From a virus, in IMG/VR virus record IMGVR_UViG_3300046804_004006, positions 1 through 64,000 of that record: 64,000 nt of DNA; one strand, 5' to 3'. Under the pieces are notes generated by a model that ran no database searches, had not been told where the DNA came from, and saw only the letters and a list, made by a program, of their open reading frames with translations. The translations under genes and the position numbers were made by a program. Positions within the stretch are counted from its first letter, which is position 1; each line of letters begins with the position of its first letter. Below are positions 53,666 to 64,000 of the stretch, in pieces.

Positions 53666-55312
53666 ATGTCAAATGATGTATATCTTGGTAACCCGTTACT
53701 AAAAAAAGCAAATACTCCAATCGAATTTACCCAAGAACAAATTCTTGAGTTTGTTAAGTGTAAAGACGATCCTGTTTATTTTGCTAAAAATTACGTAAAA
53801 ATTGTTACTCTTGATCATGGTCTACAAACTTTTACTCCATATCATTTTCAAGAAAAGTTAATTAATAACTTCCATAAGCATAGATTTAATATTTGCAAGA
53901 TGCCACGACAGACTGGCAAATCAACTACTGTTGTGTCATTTTTGCTTCATTATGCAGTTTTTAATGATAATGTAAATATTGGTATCCTTGCAAACAAGGC
54001 AGCTACAGCAAGAGAACTTTTGGATAGACTTCAAACTGCATATGAGAATCTACCAAAATGGATGCAACAGGGGATTATCTCCTGGAACAAAGGTTCTCTT
54101 GAATTAGAAAATGGATCTAAAATCTTGGCAGCATCAACATCCGCATCTGCTGTCCGAGGAATGTCATTCAACATTCTATTTTTGGATGAATTTGCGTTCG
54201 TTCCAAATCATATTGCAGATTCTTTTTTTGCATCCGTTTATCCAACTATTACTTCAGGTAAACAGACTAAGGTAATTATAGTTTCTACTCCACATGGTAT
54301 GAATCACTTTTACCGAATGTGGCACGATGCTGAAAAAGGTAAGAATGAATATGTGTTCACGGATGTTCATTGGAGTGAAGTTCCCGGACGAGATGAAGAG
54401 TGGAAAAAACAAACGATTGCAAATACCTCTGAGCAGCAATTCAAGGTTGAGTTTGAGTGTGAATTCTTAGGATCAGTAGATACTTTAATCGCCCCATCAA
54501 AACTCAGATCTCTCGCGTATGATCACCCCAAGACTCGCAGCGCGGGTTTAGATGTTTATGAGGATCCTATTCAAAACCATGATTATCTTATTACTGTAGA
54601 CGTTGCTAGAGGTGTTGGAAATGATTATTCTGCATTTACTGTTGTTGATATTACTGAATTTCCGCATAAAGTAGTTGCAAAATATAGAAATAATGAAATT
54701 AAACCAATGCTATTTCCGAGCATTGTTCACGAAGCTGCAACTGCATATAATAATTCTTACATTTTATGTGAGGTGAATGATGTAGGAGATCAGGTAGCAA
54801 GTATTCTTCAATATGATTTAGAATATAATAATCTTCTTATGTGTTCTATGAGAGGAAGAGCCGGTCAAATTGTTGGGCAAGGATTTTCGGGTAAGAAGAC
54901 TCAATTGGGGGTTAAGATGTCCAAAACGGTTAAAAAAGTTGGATGTCTTAATTTAAAGACTATGGTAGAGGAAAATAAACTTTTCCTAAACGACTATGAT
55001 ATTATAAGTGAACTTACAACTTTTATTCAAAAACATAATTCATTTGAAGCTGAAGAGGGTTGTAATGATGATCTTGCTATGTGTTTGGTAATTTATGCCT
55101 GGTTAGTAGCACAGGACTATTTTAAAGAACTTACTGATCAAGATGTTAGAAAAAGATTATATGAAGAACAAAAAAATCAAATAGAGCAAGATATGTCTCC
55201 ATTTGGTTTTATTTCGGACGGTTTAGATAGTAGTAGTTTTGTTGACGTTGATGGCGATAGATGGTTTGTTGATGAATATGGAGATATGGCTTATATGTGG
55301 GAGTATAATTGA
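53666..55312 (+). CDS. gp17: terminase large subunit gp17
   Basis: YLGNPLLK, PRQTGKST Walker A, LDEFAF Walker B, DVARG, DDLAM. Confidence 0.96.
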   Translation: MSNDVYLGNPLLKKANTPIEFTQEQILEFVKCKDDPVYFAKNYVKIVTLDHGLQTFTPYHFQEKLINNFHKHRFNICKMPRQTGKSTTVVSFLLHYAVFNDNVNIGILANKAATARELLDRLQTAYENLPKWMQQGIISWNKGSLELENGSKILAASTSASAVRGMSFNILFLDEFAFVPNHIADSFFASVYPTITSGKQTKVIIVSTPHGMNHFYRMWHDAEKGKNEYVFTDVHWSEVPGRDEEWKKQTIANTSEQQFKVEFECEFLGSVDTLIAPSKLRSLAYDHPKTRSAGLDVYEDPIQNHDYLITVDVARGVGNDYSAFTVVDITEFPHKVVAKYRNNEIKPMLFPSIVHEAATAYNNSYILCEVNDVGDQVASILQYDLEYNNLLMCSMRGRAGQIVGQGFSGKKTQLGVKMSKTVKKVGCLNLKTMVEENKLFLNDYDIISELTTFIQKHNSFEAEEGCNDDLAMCLVIYAWLVAQDYFKELTDQDVRKRLYEEQKNQIEQDMSPFGFISDGLDSSSFVDVDGDRWFVDEYGDMAYMWEYN

Positions 55313-55542
55313 TGGATCTAGACAAACAAATAAAATTGAGTCATTTGTTACTTGTGGATAGAAAATGTAGAGTATGTGGGGAAATGAAAAATCTTATAGA
55401 TGGGTTTTACAGAACACGCAAAGATAGAGGTCCAGTTGCATCATCATATTCATATGAATGTAAAGACTGTACAGTAAAACGCATTGTCACTAATAGAATA
55501 AAAAGTAGTGTTTTTGATAAATGGGAATATCCTGACTGGTAA
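55312..55542 (+). CDS. small zinc-finger protein
   Basis: CRVC...FY...SYECKDC. Confidence 0.7.
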   Translation: MDLDKQIKLSHLLLVDRKCRVCGEMKNLIDGFYRTRKDRGPVASSYSYECKDCTVKRIVTNRIKSSVFDKWEYPDW

Positions 55543-55625
55543 TTTGTTCACGTCACATTTCCCCCGCGAAAAGTAACTTTTTAATAAATATTTTTTAGAT
55601 AAACTGAGACTTCACGGAGAAAAAC

Positions 55626-57830
55626 ATGGCGACTCCTCAATTATCTCCAGGCGTACTCGTCAGAGAGGTTGATTTAACAGTAGGAAGAGCTGATAATGTC
55701 TTAGATAATATCGGTGCGATTGCAGGACCCTTCCCAATCGGACCAGTTGACTTTCCAATTGATATTACTACAGAACAAGATTTAATCAACGTATTTGGCA
55801 AACCACTTTCAACAGACTCCCAGTATGAATACTGGATGAGTGCATCATCTTTCCTTTCATATGGTGGTGTTCTTAAAGTCGTAAGAACTGGTGGGTCATC
55901 TCTCAATAATGCCAATGCTGGTGTTGGTGCTGCATATACAACATCTTTAGATATTGATAATTATGATGATTATATCAATAATCACTCAGACGGTAACAAT
56001 TTTACGTTTGCTGCTAAGAATCCAGGATCTTGGGCAAATAACTTAAAGGTATGCGTGATTGATGATCTGGGAGATCAAATTATTGGTATCACAACAACAA
56101 ACCCAGGTGCTCTTGGAGCAGCAATTGGTTATGGAGTAACAACAACACTTACATCAACAGTTCTTGCTGGATCCGGATCTACTTCTCTATTTACTGGTTA
56201 TCTAAAAGGAATTATCACCGGTGTTACTACTGATGCAACAAATAGCAACAGTAATATCACAGTAAGAATTACATCAAGAGTATCTTCCGGCGGAACGGAG
56301 ACTAGAATTAATTACGCGGAGGGATCATCTACAGCAGCGTTTGCAGCAGCACAAACAATTAACTTTATCAACTCTTCAGGTATTTCTACTGGAAGTGCGA
56401 CAGTTGCTTCAGTCTCTGATTGGTATAATCAACAAACTTTAGGATTAACTAACACGACTATTTACTGGAAGTCAATTGCACCAAAACCCGTTTCAAATAG
56501 ATATTCTCTTGATAGAAACGGCAAAAATGACGCAATTCACGTAGTTGTAGTTGATGACTTAGGAACCATTACTGGCAATCAAGGAACAATTCTTGAGAAG
56601 CATTTAAGTCTATCGAAAGCACTTGATTCAGTTTCTGCAGTAAATTCTCCGCAAAAGATCTGGTACGAACAATATCTTGCAGATTTCTCATCGCAAGTTT
56701 ATGCGGGAGGGAATCCATCAAGCGCGGCAGATTCTTATTGGGGAACTGCACCAAGAGCTACTGGATTTACTACTTATTCCGGTGTTGCATCGGCATCATT
56801 TACTCCAATCACAACTGCAAATGGACTATGGGGAGCGAATGCACAGGATGTAACTTTTAGTGCAATTGGAAACGTAACTTATGCACTAGGTGGAGGTGTT
56901 GACTATTCTGCTTCAGGTGGAATGAAAGCTGCTCTTGGAGACCTTATTACTTCATATGAAAAGTTCTCAAATAAAGATGAAGTTCAAGTTGATTATTTAA
57001 TCATGGGCCCTGGAATGGATTCTCAAGCAGATTCTCAAGCAAAAGCAAGTTATTTGATTTCTCTTGCACAACAAAGACAAGATTGTGTTGCAACCGTTGG
57101 GCCACATAAATCTGATTTAGTTGGATTGACGAATACAACTACGCAGACAACCAATTTAATTAAATACTTTAGTTCACTTCCATCTTCATCATATGCAGTT
57201 TTTGATAGTGGATACAAGTATACTTATGATAGATTTAACAATAAGTTTGTTTATATTCCTTGCAATGCTGATGTTGCAGGTTTAATGACAAGAACAAATA
57301 TTGTTGCATATCCTTGGTTCTCTCCTGCTGGGCAGCAAAGAGGTATTATTAATAACGCAATTAAACTTGCTTATAATCCAAGTAAAGCTCAGAGAGATCA
57401 ACTTTATCCCCAAAGAATTAATGCAATTGTAACTCAACCTGGTGTTGGTACTCTTCTTTTTGGAGATAAAACTGCACTTGGATATGCTTCTGCTTTTGAC
57501 AGAATCAATGTTCGTCGCCTTTTCCTTACTATTGAACAAGCATTACAAAGAGCTGCTCAAGCACAACTCTTTGAATTAAACGATGAGTTAACGAGAGCAA
57601 ACTTTAAGAACATTGTTGAACCATATCTCCGAGACGTTCAGGCAAAGAGAGGTCTTTATGGATTTCTCGTTGTTTGTGATACAACAAACAATACTCCAGA
57701 CGTTATTGATAACAATGAATTTAGAGCGGACATTTACCTGAAGCCCGCCAAATCTATTAATTATGTCACTCTTACCTTTGTTGCGACACGCACTGGAGTA
57801 AGTTTTGAAGAAGTTGCAGGTACTGTTTGA
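55626..57830 (+). CDS. gp18: tail sheath protein gp18
   Basis: LSPGVLVREVDLT, PWFSPAG, FDRINVRRLF; late promoter at 55584-55590. Confidence 0.96.
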   Translation: MATPQLSPGVLVREVDLTVGRADNVLDNIGAIAGPFPIGPVDFPIDITTEQDLINVFGKPLSTDSQYEYWMSASSFLSYGGVLKVVRTGGSSLNNANAGVGAAYTTSLDIDNYDDYINNHSDGNNFTFAAKNPGSWANNLKVCVIDDLGDQIIGITTTNPGALGAAIGYGVTTTLTSTVLAGSGSTSLFTGYLKGIITGVTTDATNSNSNITVRITSRVSSGGTETRINYAEGSSTAAFAAAQTINFINSSGISTGSATVASVSDWYNQQTLGLTNTTIYWKSIAPKPVSNRYSLDRNGKNDAIHVVVVDDLGTITGNQGTILEKHLSLSKALDSVSAVNSPQKIWYEQYLADFSSQVYAGGNPSSAADSYWGTAPRATGFTTYSGVASASFTPITTANGLWGANAQDVTFSAIGNVTYALGGGVDYSASGGMKAALGDLITSYEKFSNKDEVQVDYLIMGPGMDSQADSQAKASYLISLAQQRQDCVATVGPHKSDLVGLTNTTTQTTNLIKYFSSLPSSSYAVFDSGYKYTYDRFNNKFVYIPCNADVAGLMTRTNIVAYPWFSPAGQQRGIINNAIKLAYNPSKAQRDQLYPQRINAIVTQPGVGTLLFGDKTALGYASAFDRINVRRLFLTIEQALQRAAQAQLFELNDELTRANFKNIVEPYLRDVQAKRGLYGFLVVCDTTNNTPDVIDNNEFRADIYLKPAKSINYVTLTFVATRTGVSFEEVAGTV

Positions 57831-57866
57831 TTTTAGTCAATAAATAACCCAAGGAGGTAATCAATC

Positions 57867-58451
57867 GTGGCAAGACTCAAAACAATCTCCCAATTTAAGA
57901 GTGCTTTAAGTGGTGGTGGCGCTCGTCCCAATTTGTTCGAAGTTGAACTAACCACTTTCCCAACTGGAATTTCTTGGGATGCAGATAAATTCAAGTATCT
58001 TTGCAAAGCAGCTGCTCTTCCCGCATCAAATATTGCAGCAATTGACGTTCCTTTTAGAGGAAGAATTTTTAAAGTTGCTGGCGATAGAACAATTGATACT
58101 TGGACTGTTACCATCATCAATGATGAAGACTTTAAACTAAGAAGAGCATTTGAAGCCTGGACCGAACTTATTGCTAAATTAGACAATAATTTAGGTGCTA
58201 CCCAACCAGCAGCTTACATGAGTAATGCTACTGTCTATCAACTAGGAAGAGGTTCTCAAATAAACAGCACTACTAATGCTGGTTCGGATAGTTCTATCTT
58301 AGCTGCATACAAGTTTGTTGATATTTTCCCAACCTCCGTCTCCAATATTGATCTTTCATATGATAGTGGTGATACTATTGAAGAATTCACCGTAGAATTC
58401 CAAGTTCAATCTTACGAAATTATTGGTGGAACCACTGCAGCGCGAACTTAA
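57867..58451 (+). CDS. gp19: tail tube protein gp19
   Basis: GGGARPNLFEV, FRGR..KVAGDRT, IEEFTVEF. Confidence 0.95.
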   Translation: MARLKTISQFKSALSGGGARPNLFEVELTTFPTGISWDADKFKYLCKAAALPASNIAAIDVPFRGRIFKVAGDRTIDTWTVTIINDEDFKLRRAFEAWTELIAKLDNNLGATQPAAYMSNATVYQLGRGSQINSTTNAGSDSSILAAYKFVDIFPTSVSNIDLSYDSGDTIEEFTVEFQVQSYEIIGGTTAART

Positions 58452-58485
58452 TAAATAGTGCAAAGGTAAGGGTAAAAAATAAATC

Positions 58486-60165
58486 ATGGCAAGATTGTTT
58501 GGTTTTTCAATTGAAGATACAGAACCACTGTCTCCAAGTACGGTCAGTCCAGTTCCTCCCAATAATGAGGACTCGACTGACCACTACTTAAGTAGTGGTT
58601 TTTTTGGTTCTTACGTTGATATTGAAGGTGTATATAGGACTGAGTTTGATTTAATTAAACGATATCGAGAAATGGCACTTCACCCAGAATGCGATAGTGC
58701 GATTGAAGATATCGTAAATGAAGCAATTGTATCAGACACAAATGATTCTCCAGTAGAAATTGAATTATCAAATTTAAATGCTAGTGATGGTATTAAGAAA
58801 AAAATCAGACAAGAATTTAGACATATTCTTTCACTTTTAGATTTCGACAAAAAATCTCACGAAATTTATAGAAATTGGTACGTTGATGGAAGAATTTATT
58901 ATCACAAAATAATTGATTTTAAAAATCCACAGGAAGGAATTCAAGAACTGCGTTACATAGATCCCATGAAGATGAGATATGTAAGACAGCAGAAAAAAAC
59001 TGATAAAGATAAGTATAGACTTGCCAATATTAATGCAGATAATCCAATGGATTTTGAATTTCCTCAAATTGAGGAATACTTTATTTACAATCCAAAAATG
59101 ACTTATCCAGCAAGTAATCCATCATCTCTTGGTGGAACTGCTGGTATCAAAATGACCAAAGATTCCATTACTTACTGCACATCAGGTCTTGTAGATAGAA
59201 ACAAGGGATCAACTCTTTCATATCTTCATAAAGCAATTAAATCACTCAATCAACTAAGAATGATTGAGGATAGTCTTGTAATCTATAGATTGTCTCGTGC
59301 TCCGGAGCGTAGAATTTTCTACATTGATGTGGGCAATCTACCAAAAGTAAAGGCAGAACAATATCTTCGCGATGTTATGATGCGTTATCGCAATAAACTT
59401 GTTTACGATGCATCAACGGGAGAGATTCGTGATGATAAGAAATTTATGGCAATGCTTGAGGACTTTTGGCTTCCAAGGAGAGAGGGTGGTAGAGGAACTG
59501 AAATTTCTACTCTTCCTGGGGGTCAAAATCTTGGAGAAATTACCGATATTGAATACTTCAAAAAGAAACTTTATCGTTCATTGAACGTTCCTCCTTCAAG
59601 AATGGATGGAGAGGGTGGATTTAATCTTGGACGCTCATCGGAAATTCTGCGTGATGAAGTTAAATTCAGCAAGTTTGTTGCTCGTTTAAGAAAAAGATTT
59701 TCTTATATGTTCCACGATATGCTGAAAACTCAGTTAATTCTCAAAAATATTATTACTCCAGAAGATTGGGAAATTATGCAAGAGCATATTCAATATGACT
59801 TCTTGTATGATAATCATTTTGCAGAGCTCAAGGATGCAGAACTTTTGAATGAAAGATTAAATATGGTTCAAATTGCAGAACCATATGTTGGAAAATATTT
59901 TTCCCAAGACTATCTGAGAAGAAAAATTCTACGTCAAACCGATGAAGAAATTATTGAACAAGATAAAATTATGAAGAAAGAAATTGAAGATGGAATTATT
60001 CCTGATCCTAACGCGCCAGTTGATCCAATGACAGGTATGCCTTTGGATCAAACCTCACAAATGGATCTTGGTCAACCAGTAATGGAACCAAATATTGATG
60101 CTCAAGGTGCAGCAACAGAGGCAAGTGGGAAAATAGCAGAAATGCCCAAGGGCGGTGAAATATAA
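58486..60165 (+). CDS. gp20: portal vertex protein gp20
   Basis: YRLSRAPERRIFYIDVGNLPK, EDFWLPRREGGRGTEI. Confidence 0.97.
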   Translation: MARLFGFSIEDTEPLSPSTVSPVPPNNEDSTDHYLSSGFFGSYVDIEGVYRTEFDLIKRYREMALHPECDSAIEDIVNEAIVSDTNDSPVEIELSNLNASDGIKKKIRQEFRHILSLLDFDKKSHEIYRNWYVDGRIYYHKIIDFKNPQEGIQELRYIDPMKMRYVRQQKKTDKDKYRLANINADNPMDFEFPQIEEYFIYNPKMTYPASNPSSLGGTAGIKMTKDSITYCTSGLVDRNKGSTLSYLHKAIKSLNQLRMIEDSLVIYRLSRAPERRIFYIDVGNLPKVKAEQYLRDVMMRYRNKLVYDASTGEIRDDKKFMAMLEDFWLPRREGGRGTEISTLPGGQNLGEITDIEYFKKKLYRSLNVPPSRMDGEGGFNLGRSSEILRDEVKFSKFVARLRKRFSYMFHDMLKTQLILKNIITPEDWEIMQEHIQYDFLYDNHFAELKDAELLNERLNMVQIAEPYVGKYFSQDYLRRKILRQTDEEIIEQDKIMKKEIEDGIIPDPNAPVDPMTGMPLDQTSQMDLGQPVMEPNIDAQGAATEASGKIAEMPKGGEI

Positions 60166-60192
60166 ATAAAGAAAATTACTTAGGTATTAACA

Positions 60193-60354
60193 ATGGATGA
60201 TCTTTTAGATATGATTGCATCTGATGAGTCTCCCGCACAGATTAGTGATAAGATTAAAGAACTTTTATTCACAAAGTCTGCTGAAAAAATTGACGAATTT
60301 CGCCCAGCAGTTGCAATGAATATGTTTGGTCAAGAGGAACAAGAAGAGGAATGA
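60193..60354 (+). CDS. small acidic prohead core protein (gp67/68-like position)
   Basis: Read manually: MDDLLDMIASDESPAQISDKIKELL...; TATAAATA at 60161-60168. Confidence 0.65.
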   Translation: MDDLLDMIASDESPAQISDKIKELLFTKSAEKIDEFRPAVAMNMFGQEEQEEE

Positions 60355-60355
60355 T

Positions 60356-60676
60356 ATGAAATCTTTCAAGCAATTTATCTCAGAATCAGTTAATATTGCT
60401 GGCGATTTCACAGGAAATCTTTATATTGGTGCTCAATCAGAACAACCACAGCAAGTCGGTGAAGGATATGTTGCCGACGTAATGTGGCAAGGAAGTTTAT
60501 ATCGTTTAGAGTTAGTAACTAAAACTGGAGTTCCTTCTCCAAGAGAACTAGGTGAGCAACTACAATCTGATTATCCGGGTGCTGTTGTTCATCAAATTTA
60601 TCCAGTGATGGAAAAAAACTTTAATATCAAAAACGTACAAAGATACCACCCATCAAAGTTAGAATGGATTGATTGA
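60356..60676 (+). CDS. CTS-bearing head-associated protein
   Basis: MKSFKQFISES start at ATG 60356. Confidence 0.65.
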   Translation: MKSFKQFISESVNIAGDFTGNLYIGAQSEQPQQVGEGYVADVMWQGSLYRLELVTKTGVPSPRELGEQLQSDYPGAVVHQIYPVMEKNFNIKNVQRYHPSKLEWID

Positions 60677-60679
60677 TAA

Positions 60680-61996
60680 ATGGCTCAGTGGAATAAGAAT
60701 AATCAAGATTATCTAAACCAAGAGCGTACACTATTTGAAGTGTACATGCAGGCAGATAGATATGGTGAAATCTTTGATCCAGTCGGTCAAGGTTTTAATG
60801 GTGACTTATTTGGAAGAGTCAAAGTATCAAATCCATATACACTTTTTGACTCTACTCATAGATATTCTCAGGACGGAGATTTTGATGATGTAGTTCTTGG
60901 TGCAGGTTCTACAGTAGGAATCATAACCGAACAAAGCACCGCAACATTAGGAATAGGAACCACTGCAGGATGTTCTATTATTCGTGAAAGTAAAAGAGTA
61001 TTTTCATATCAACCAGGCAAGTCGTTACAAGTTCTTCAGACATTTGTATTTAATCCTGCAAAGGAAAATCTGGTTCAGAGAGCAGGATATGCATCATCCG
61101 AAAATGGTTTGATGATAGAACTTAATGGTTCGCAACTTAATATTATTAAGAGAACTGCAATATCTGGTGTTGGAACAACAATTTCAGTTCCACAATCAGA
61201 ATGGAATCGTGATACTTTAGATGGTTCTGGTCCGAATGAATCTAATCCAAGTGGTATCGCTTTAGATATGACTAAGGCACAACTTATGTTTAGTGAATAT
61301 GAGTGGTTAGGTGTGGGATGTGCAAGAATTGGATTTGTAAATGCAAATGGAAAGTTTCACACTGCACACGTTTTTAATCACGCAAACACTCTTGATAGTG
61401 TTTATATGACAACTGCATCTCTTCCAGTTCGTTATGAGATTCTAAACACAGGAATCACAACATCTGCATCTACAATGAAACAGATTTGTGTATCTATTCA
61501 GAATAATGGTGGATATGATAAACTTCAAGCAAGAGATATTGCAAGAAGAACTACATTAAGGACTGGCATTGGTGTCACTACTTTTGTTCCTCTTATAAGT
61601 ATTCGTCTTGCACCAGGAAGAGAAGATGCAATTGTTCTTCCTAGAGGAGTTAAGTCAGTTTTTGATTCTACTGCGGGTGCAATTTATGAACTTGCGCTAA
61701 TTAAAAATGCAACTCTATCAAATGTAGGGGCATTAGTTTGGTCATCAACATCATCACAAAATGTTCAGTATAATACTGATGCAACTACATTAACTGGTGG
61801 GACAATAATTTTTAATGAAATGAGTTCTACTTCAAACAAAGTTGCTGGACAATTAGATATTGAAGCATTGTATAACTGGGACTTACAATTAGGAAGAACT
61901 CAAAGTAAAGTCAGTGATATTATGACTGTTGCAGTAAGATCAATATCTGGAACCTTTGATGCTACTGCTTCTATTGATTTTTTTGATCTAACTTGA
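60680..61996 (+). CDS. virion structural protein (beta-rich)
   Basis: DLFGRVKVSNPYTLFDS, YQPGKS, EWLGVG; within head cluster. Confidence 0.65.
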   Translation: MAQWNKNNQDYLNQERTLFEVYMQADRYGEIFDPVGQGFNGDLFGRVKVSNPYTLFDSTHRYSQDGDFDDVVLGAGSTVGIITEQSTATLGIGTTAGCSIIRESKRVFSYQPGKSLQVLQTFVFNPAKENLVQRAGYASSENGLMIELNGSQLNIIKRTAISGVGTTISVPQSEWNRDTLDGSGPNESNPSGIALDMTKAQLMFSEYEWLGVGCARIGFVNANGKFHTAHVFNHANTLDSVYMTTASLPVRYEILNTGITTSASTMKQICVSIQNNGGYDKLQARDIARRTTLRTGIGVTTFVPLISIRLAPGREDAIVLPRGVKSVFDSTAGAIYELALIKNATLSNVGALVWSSTSSQNVQYNTDATTLTGGTIIFNEMSSTSNKVAGQLDIEALYNWDLQLGRTQSKVSDIMTVAVRSISGTFDATASIDFFDLT

Positions 61997-62033
61997 TTAA
62001 ATAATAAATAACTAAAAGTGTACTATAAAAATA

Positions 62034-62585
62034 ATGGCTCATAGACCAGTTGGGGCAGGATCCTCATTTACCTTTAGTGCAGGAACTGCAACCACATCAT
62101 CTTCATTTTCAGTTCAGTCGAGTGTTTTGAGAGTAGTTTCTGTTAGTGGCGGTGCTCATATAGCAGTTGGTGCAACTCCTTCAGCAACTAATACGGATTA
62201 TTATGTTCCTTCTGGAGGAGAAGCGACTCTTGCATTAACCAAAGCATCTAATCGTGTTGTTGGCGTTACAACAGGAACCACAACAACAGTCATAGTTCCG
62301 GAGGGAACCCAAGTTCCTTTTGGTGTTGGTGATTATGTTACATTAACTGCAACGGGTCAATCATATTATGATTTTACTCATCAAAGAGTTTTGTCAGTTG
62401 ATACCACTGCAAATGTAAATGGATATTATCAGACAAGAATGACTGTTAACTATAATTCAAGTGGTATTGTAACTGCATTTTCTTCTGCAGATGCAACTAT
62501 TATCAATTCCAATAAAGTTTCTGCATACGGTGCTGGTTCAGGAACTCTCTATTACCAACAAGTTCAAATCTCAGGAGTCGCCTAA
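62034..62585 (+). CDS. conserved cyanophage structural protein
   Basis: Ser/Thr-rich, ATAAATA at 62004-62010. Confidence 0.65.
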   Translation: MAHRPVGAGSSFTFSAGTATTSSSFSVQSSVLRVVSVSGGAHIAVGATPSATNTDYYVPSGGEATLALTKASNRVVGVTTGTTTTVIVPEGTQVPFGVGDYVTLTATGQSYYDFTHQRVLSVDTTANVNGYYQTRMTVNYNSSGIVTAFSSADATIINSNKVSAYGAGSGTLYYQQVQISGVA

Positions 62586-62586
62586 A

Positions 62587-63237
62587 ATGAAACTCATCAC
62601 CGAAGAAATTGAATCAGTAGAAGTTATTACCGAAAATGTAAACGGCAAAAAAACTCTTTACATTCAAGGACCTTTCCTTCAAACTGAACAACCTAATCGC
62701 AATAACAGAATATATCGTATGCCTGTTATGGAAAGAGAGGTTAAGCGTTATACTGAACAATATGTGAATAAAGGGCGTGCTCTTGGTGAGTTAGGACATC
62801 CCGATGGTCCAACAGTAAATCTTGATCGAGTTTCTCATAAAATCGTATCTCTTACTCAAGAGGGAAATAATTTTATTGGTAAAGCACAGATTCTTTCCAC
62901 ACCAATGGGTAAGATTGCAGAGTCACTTCTTAAAGAAGGAGTAACTCTTGGAGTTTCTTCTCGTGGTATTGGATCCGTAAGACCAACTAAAGAAGGATAT
63001 AATGAAGTTGGTGAAGATTTTATGCTTGCGACCGCTGCTGATATTGTAGCGGATCCTTCTGCACCTGATGCTTTTGTTCAGGGAATTATGGAAGGTAAGG
63101 AATGGGTGTGGGATGGTGGAATGTTAAGAGAAAAGGTTGCAGAAAACACACAAAGAAGAATAAATACTCTAGTTAATGAGGGTATTCTTGAGGAATATAA
63201 GTTATCGCTATTTAATGAGTTTTTAAACTCATTGTAA
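62587..63237 (+). CDS. gp21: prohead core protease gp21
   Basis: MKLITE, GELGHP, LDRVSH, GVSSRGIGS, DIVADPSAPDA. Confidence 0.95.
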   Translation: MKLITEEIESVEVITENVNGKKTLYIQGPFLQTEQPNRNNRIYRMPVMEREVKRYTEQYVNKGRALGELGHPDGPTVNLDRVSHKIVSLTQEGNNFIGKAQILSTPMGKIAESLLKEGVTLGVSSRGIGSVRPTKEGYNEVGEDFMLATAADIVADPSAPDAFVQGIMEGKEWVWDGGMLREKVAENTQRRINTLVNEGILEEYKLSLFNEFLNSL

Positions 63238-63293
63238 TTTATTAAATTATAAATAAATATAGTTTATAACTAAAGGTTAAACGGAGAGTTCAA

Positions 63294-64000
63294 ATGTCTC
63301 GTGGAGATTTACAAGAAATGGAAGTAGGCACTAAGCAATCCAGAACCGCTGTCAATGCTAATGCTAAAGCAGCGGATGCAATGCCACATCTTTCTGGTGC
63401 AACACCAGGACAAACTGGAGGATGGGAAGATCTTGGTGGGCCAGACCCTTCTAACTATCGTTCTACTGATGATTCAGCAAAATTAAAAACACCCGGAGGA
63501 ACCCTTAAGCAAGTTAAGGATGTTGTCACCAAAGGTGCCAAACCCGCTGAAGCAATGAAAGGCGTAAAGGAAGAAGAAGAACTCGAAGATGAAGACCTCA
63601 TCGAAGAAGAAATTGAAGAAGAAATCGTAGAATCCAAAGAAGAAGAGGAAGAAGAAGAGGAAGAGGGCGGTAAGAAAAAAGGTAAAAAAGAAGAGGAAGA
63701 AGAGGAAGAAGAGGAGATGGAAGAAGAGTTTGACATCGAAGAAGATGTCAATGCTCTTCTAGAAGGCGAGGAACTTTCCGAAGAGTTCCAAGAAAAAGCA
63801 CGCACCATCTTTGAAGCCGCTCTTCGTTCTAAAGTCTCTCAAATTCAAGAGGCAATCGAAGAGCAGTATGCTGTTGCACTTGCAGAAGAAGTAGAAGAAA
63901 TTAAATCTGAACTTTCTGAGCGTGTAGACGCATATCTTGAGTATGTTGCTGATGAGTGGATGCAAGAAAATACACTCGTCATTGAACAAGGTCTTAAGAC
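63294..64000 (+). CDS. gp22: prohead core scaffolding protein gp22 (3'-truncated)
   Basis: Follows gp21; Glu-rich; ELSEEFQEKARTIFEAAL, YLEYVADEW; TATAAATA at 63248-63255. Confidence 0.9.
   Translation, partial: MSRGDLQEMEVGTKQSRTAVNANAKAADAMPHLSGATPGQTGGWEDLGGPDPSNYRSTDDSAKLKTPGGTLKQVKDVVTKGAKPAEAMKGVKEEEELEDEDLIEEEIEEEIVESKEEEEEEEEEGGKKKGKKEEEEEEEEEMEEEFDIEEDVNALLEGEELSEEFQEKARTIFEAALRSKVSQIQEAIEEQYAVALAEEVEEIKSELSERVDAYLEYVADEWMQENTLVIEQGLK

Noticed and set aside
53666-60165. Possible introns or inteins in terminase, sheath or portal genes
   Set aside because: ORFs are continuous and of normal length, with no splicing motifs seen
63571-63730. GAA/GAG-rich low-complexity tract
   Set aside because: Encodes the Glu-rich segment of scaffold gp22; not a separate repeat element

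Overview
This window is part of a T4-like (Kyanoviridae-type) cyanophage genome, and essentially all real genes are on the + strand. Bases 1-19.6 kb are an accessory/early region of many small, often acidic genes. These are organised in cassettes behind 16 copies of a 24-bp inverted-repeat element (TGTGCCAC-N8-GTGGCACA) that sits 28-30 bp upstream of a -10 box. The region also has a tRNA-Ala, an SF2 helicase, ArdA-like, DUF2786 and KTSC proteins, and interspersed late genes carrying T4-type capsid-targeting N-termini. Bases 19.6-21.4 kb are mostly non-coding. They hold three cyanobacterial DnaA boxes, a 10-bp tandem repeat fired into by a leftward sigma70 promoter, a promoter-driven 70-bp-period CRISPR-like repeat array with no cas genes, and further phased motifs. 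This is a candidate origin/ncRNA locus. Bases 21.9-64 kb are the conserved virion module: gp25, gp6, giant gp7, gp8, VrlC-like, gp13-gp22, with ATAAATA late promoters. All calls were made by eye; no database searches were run.
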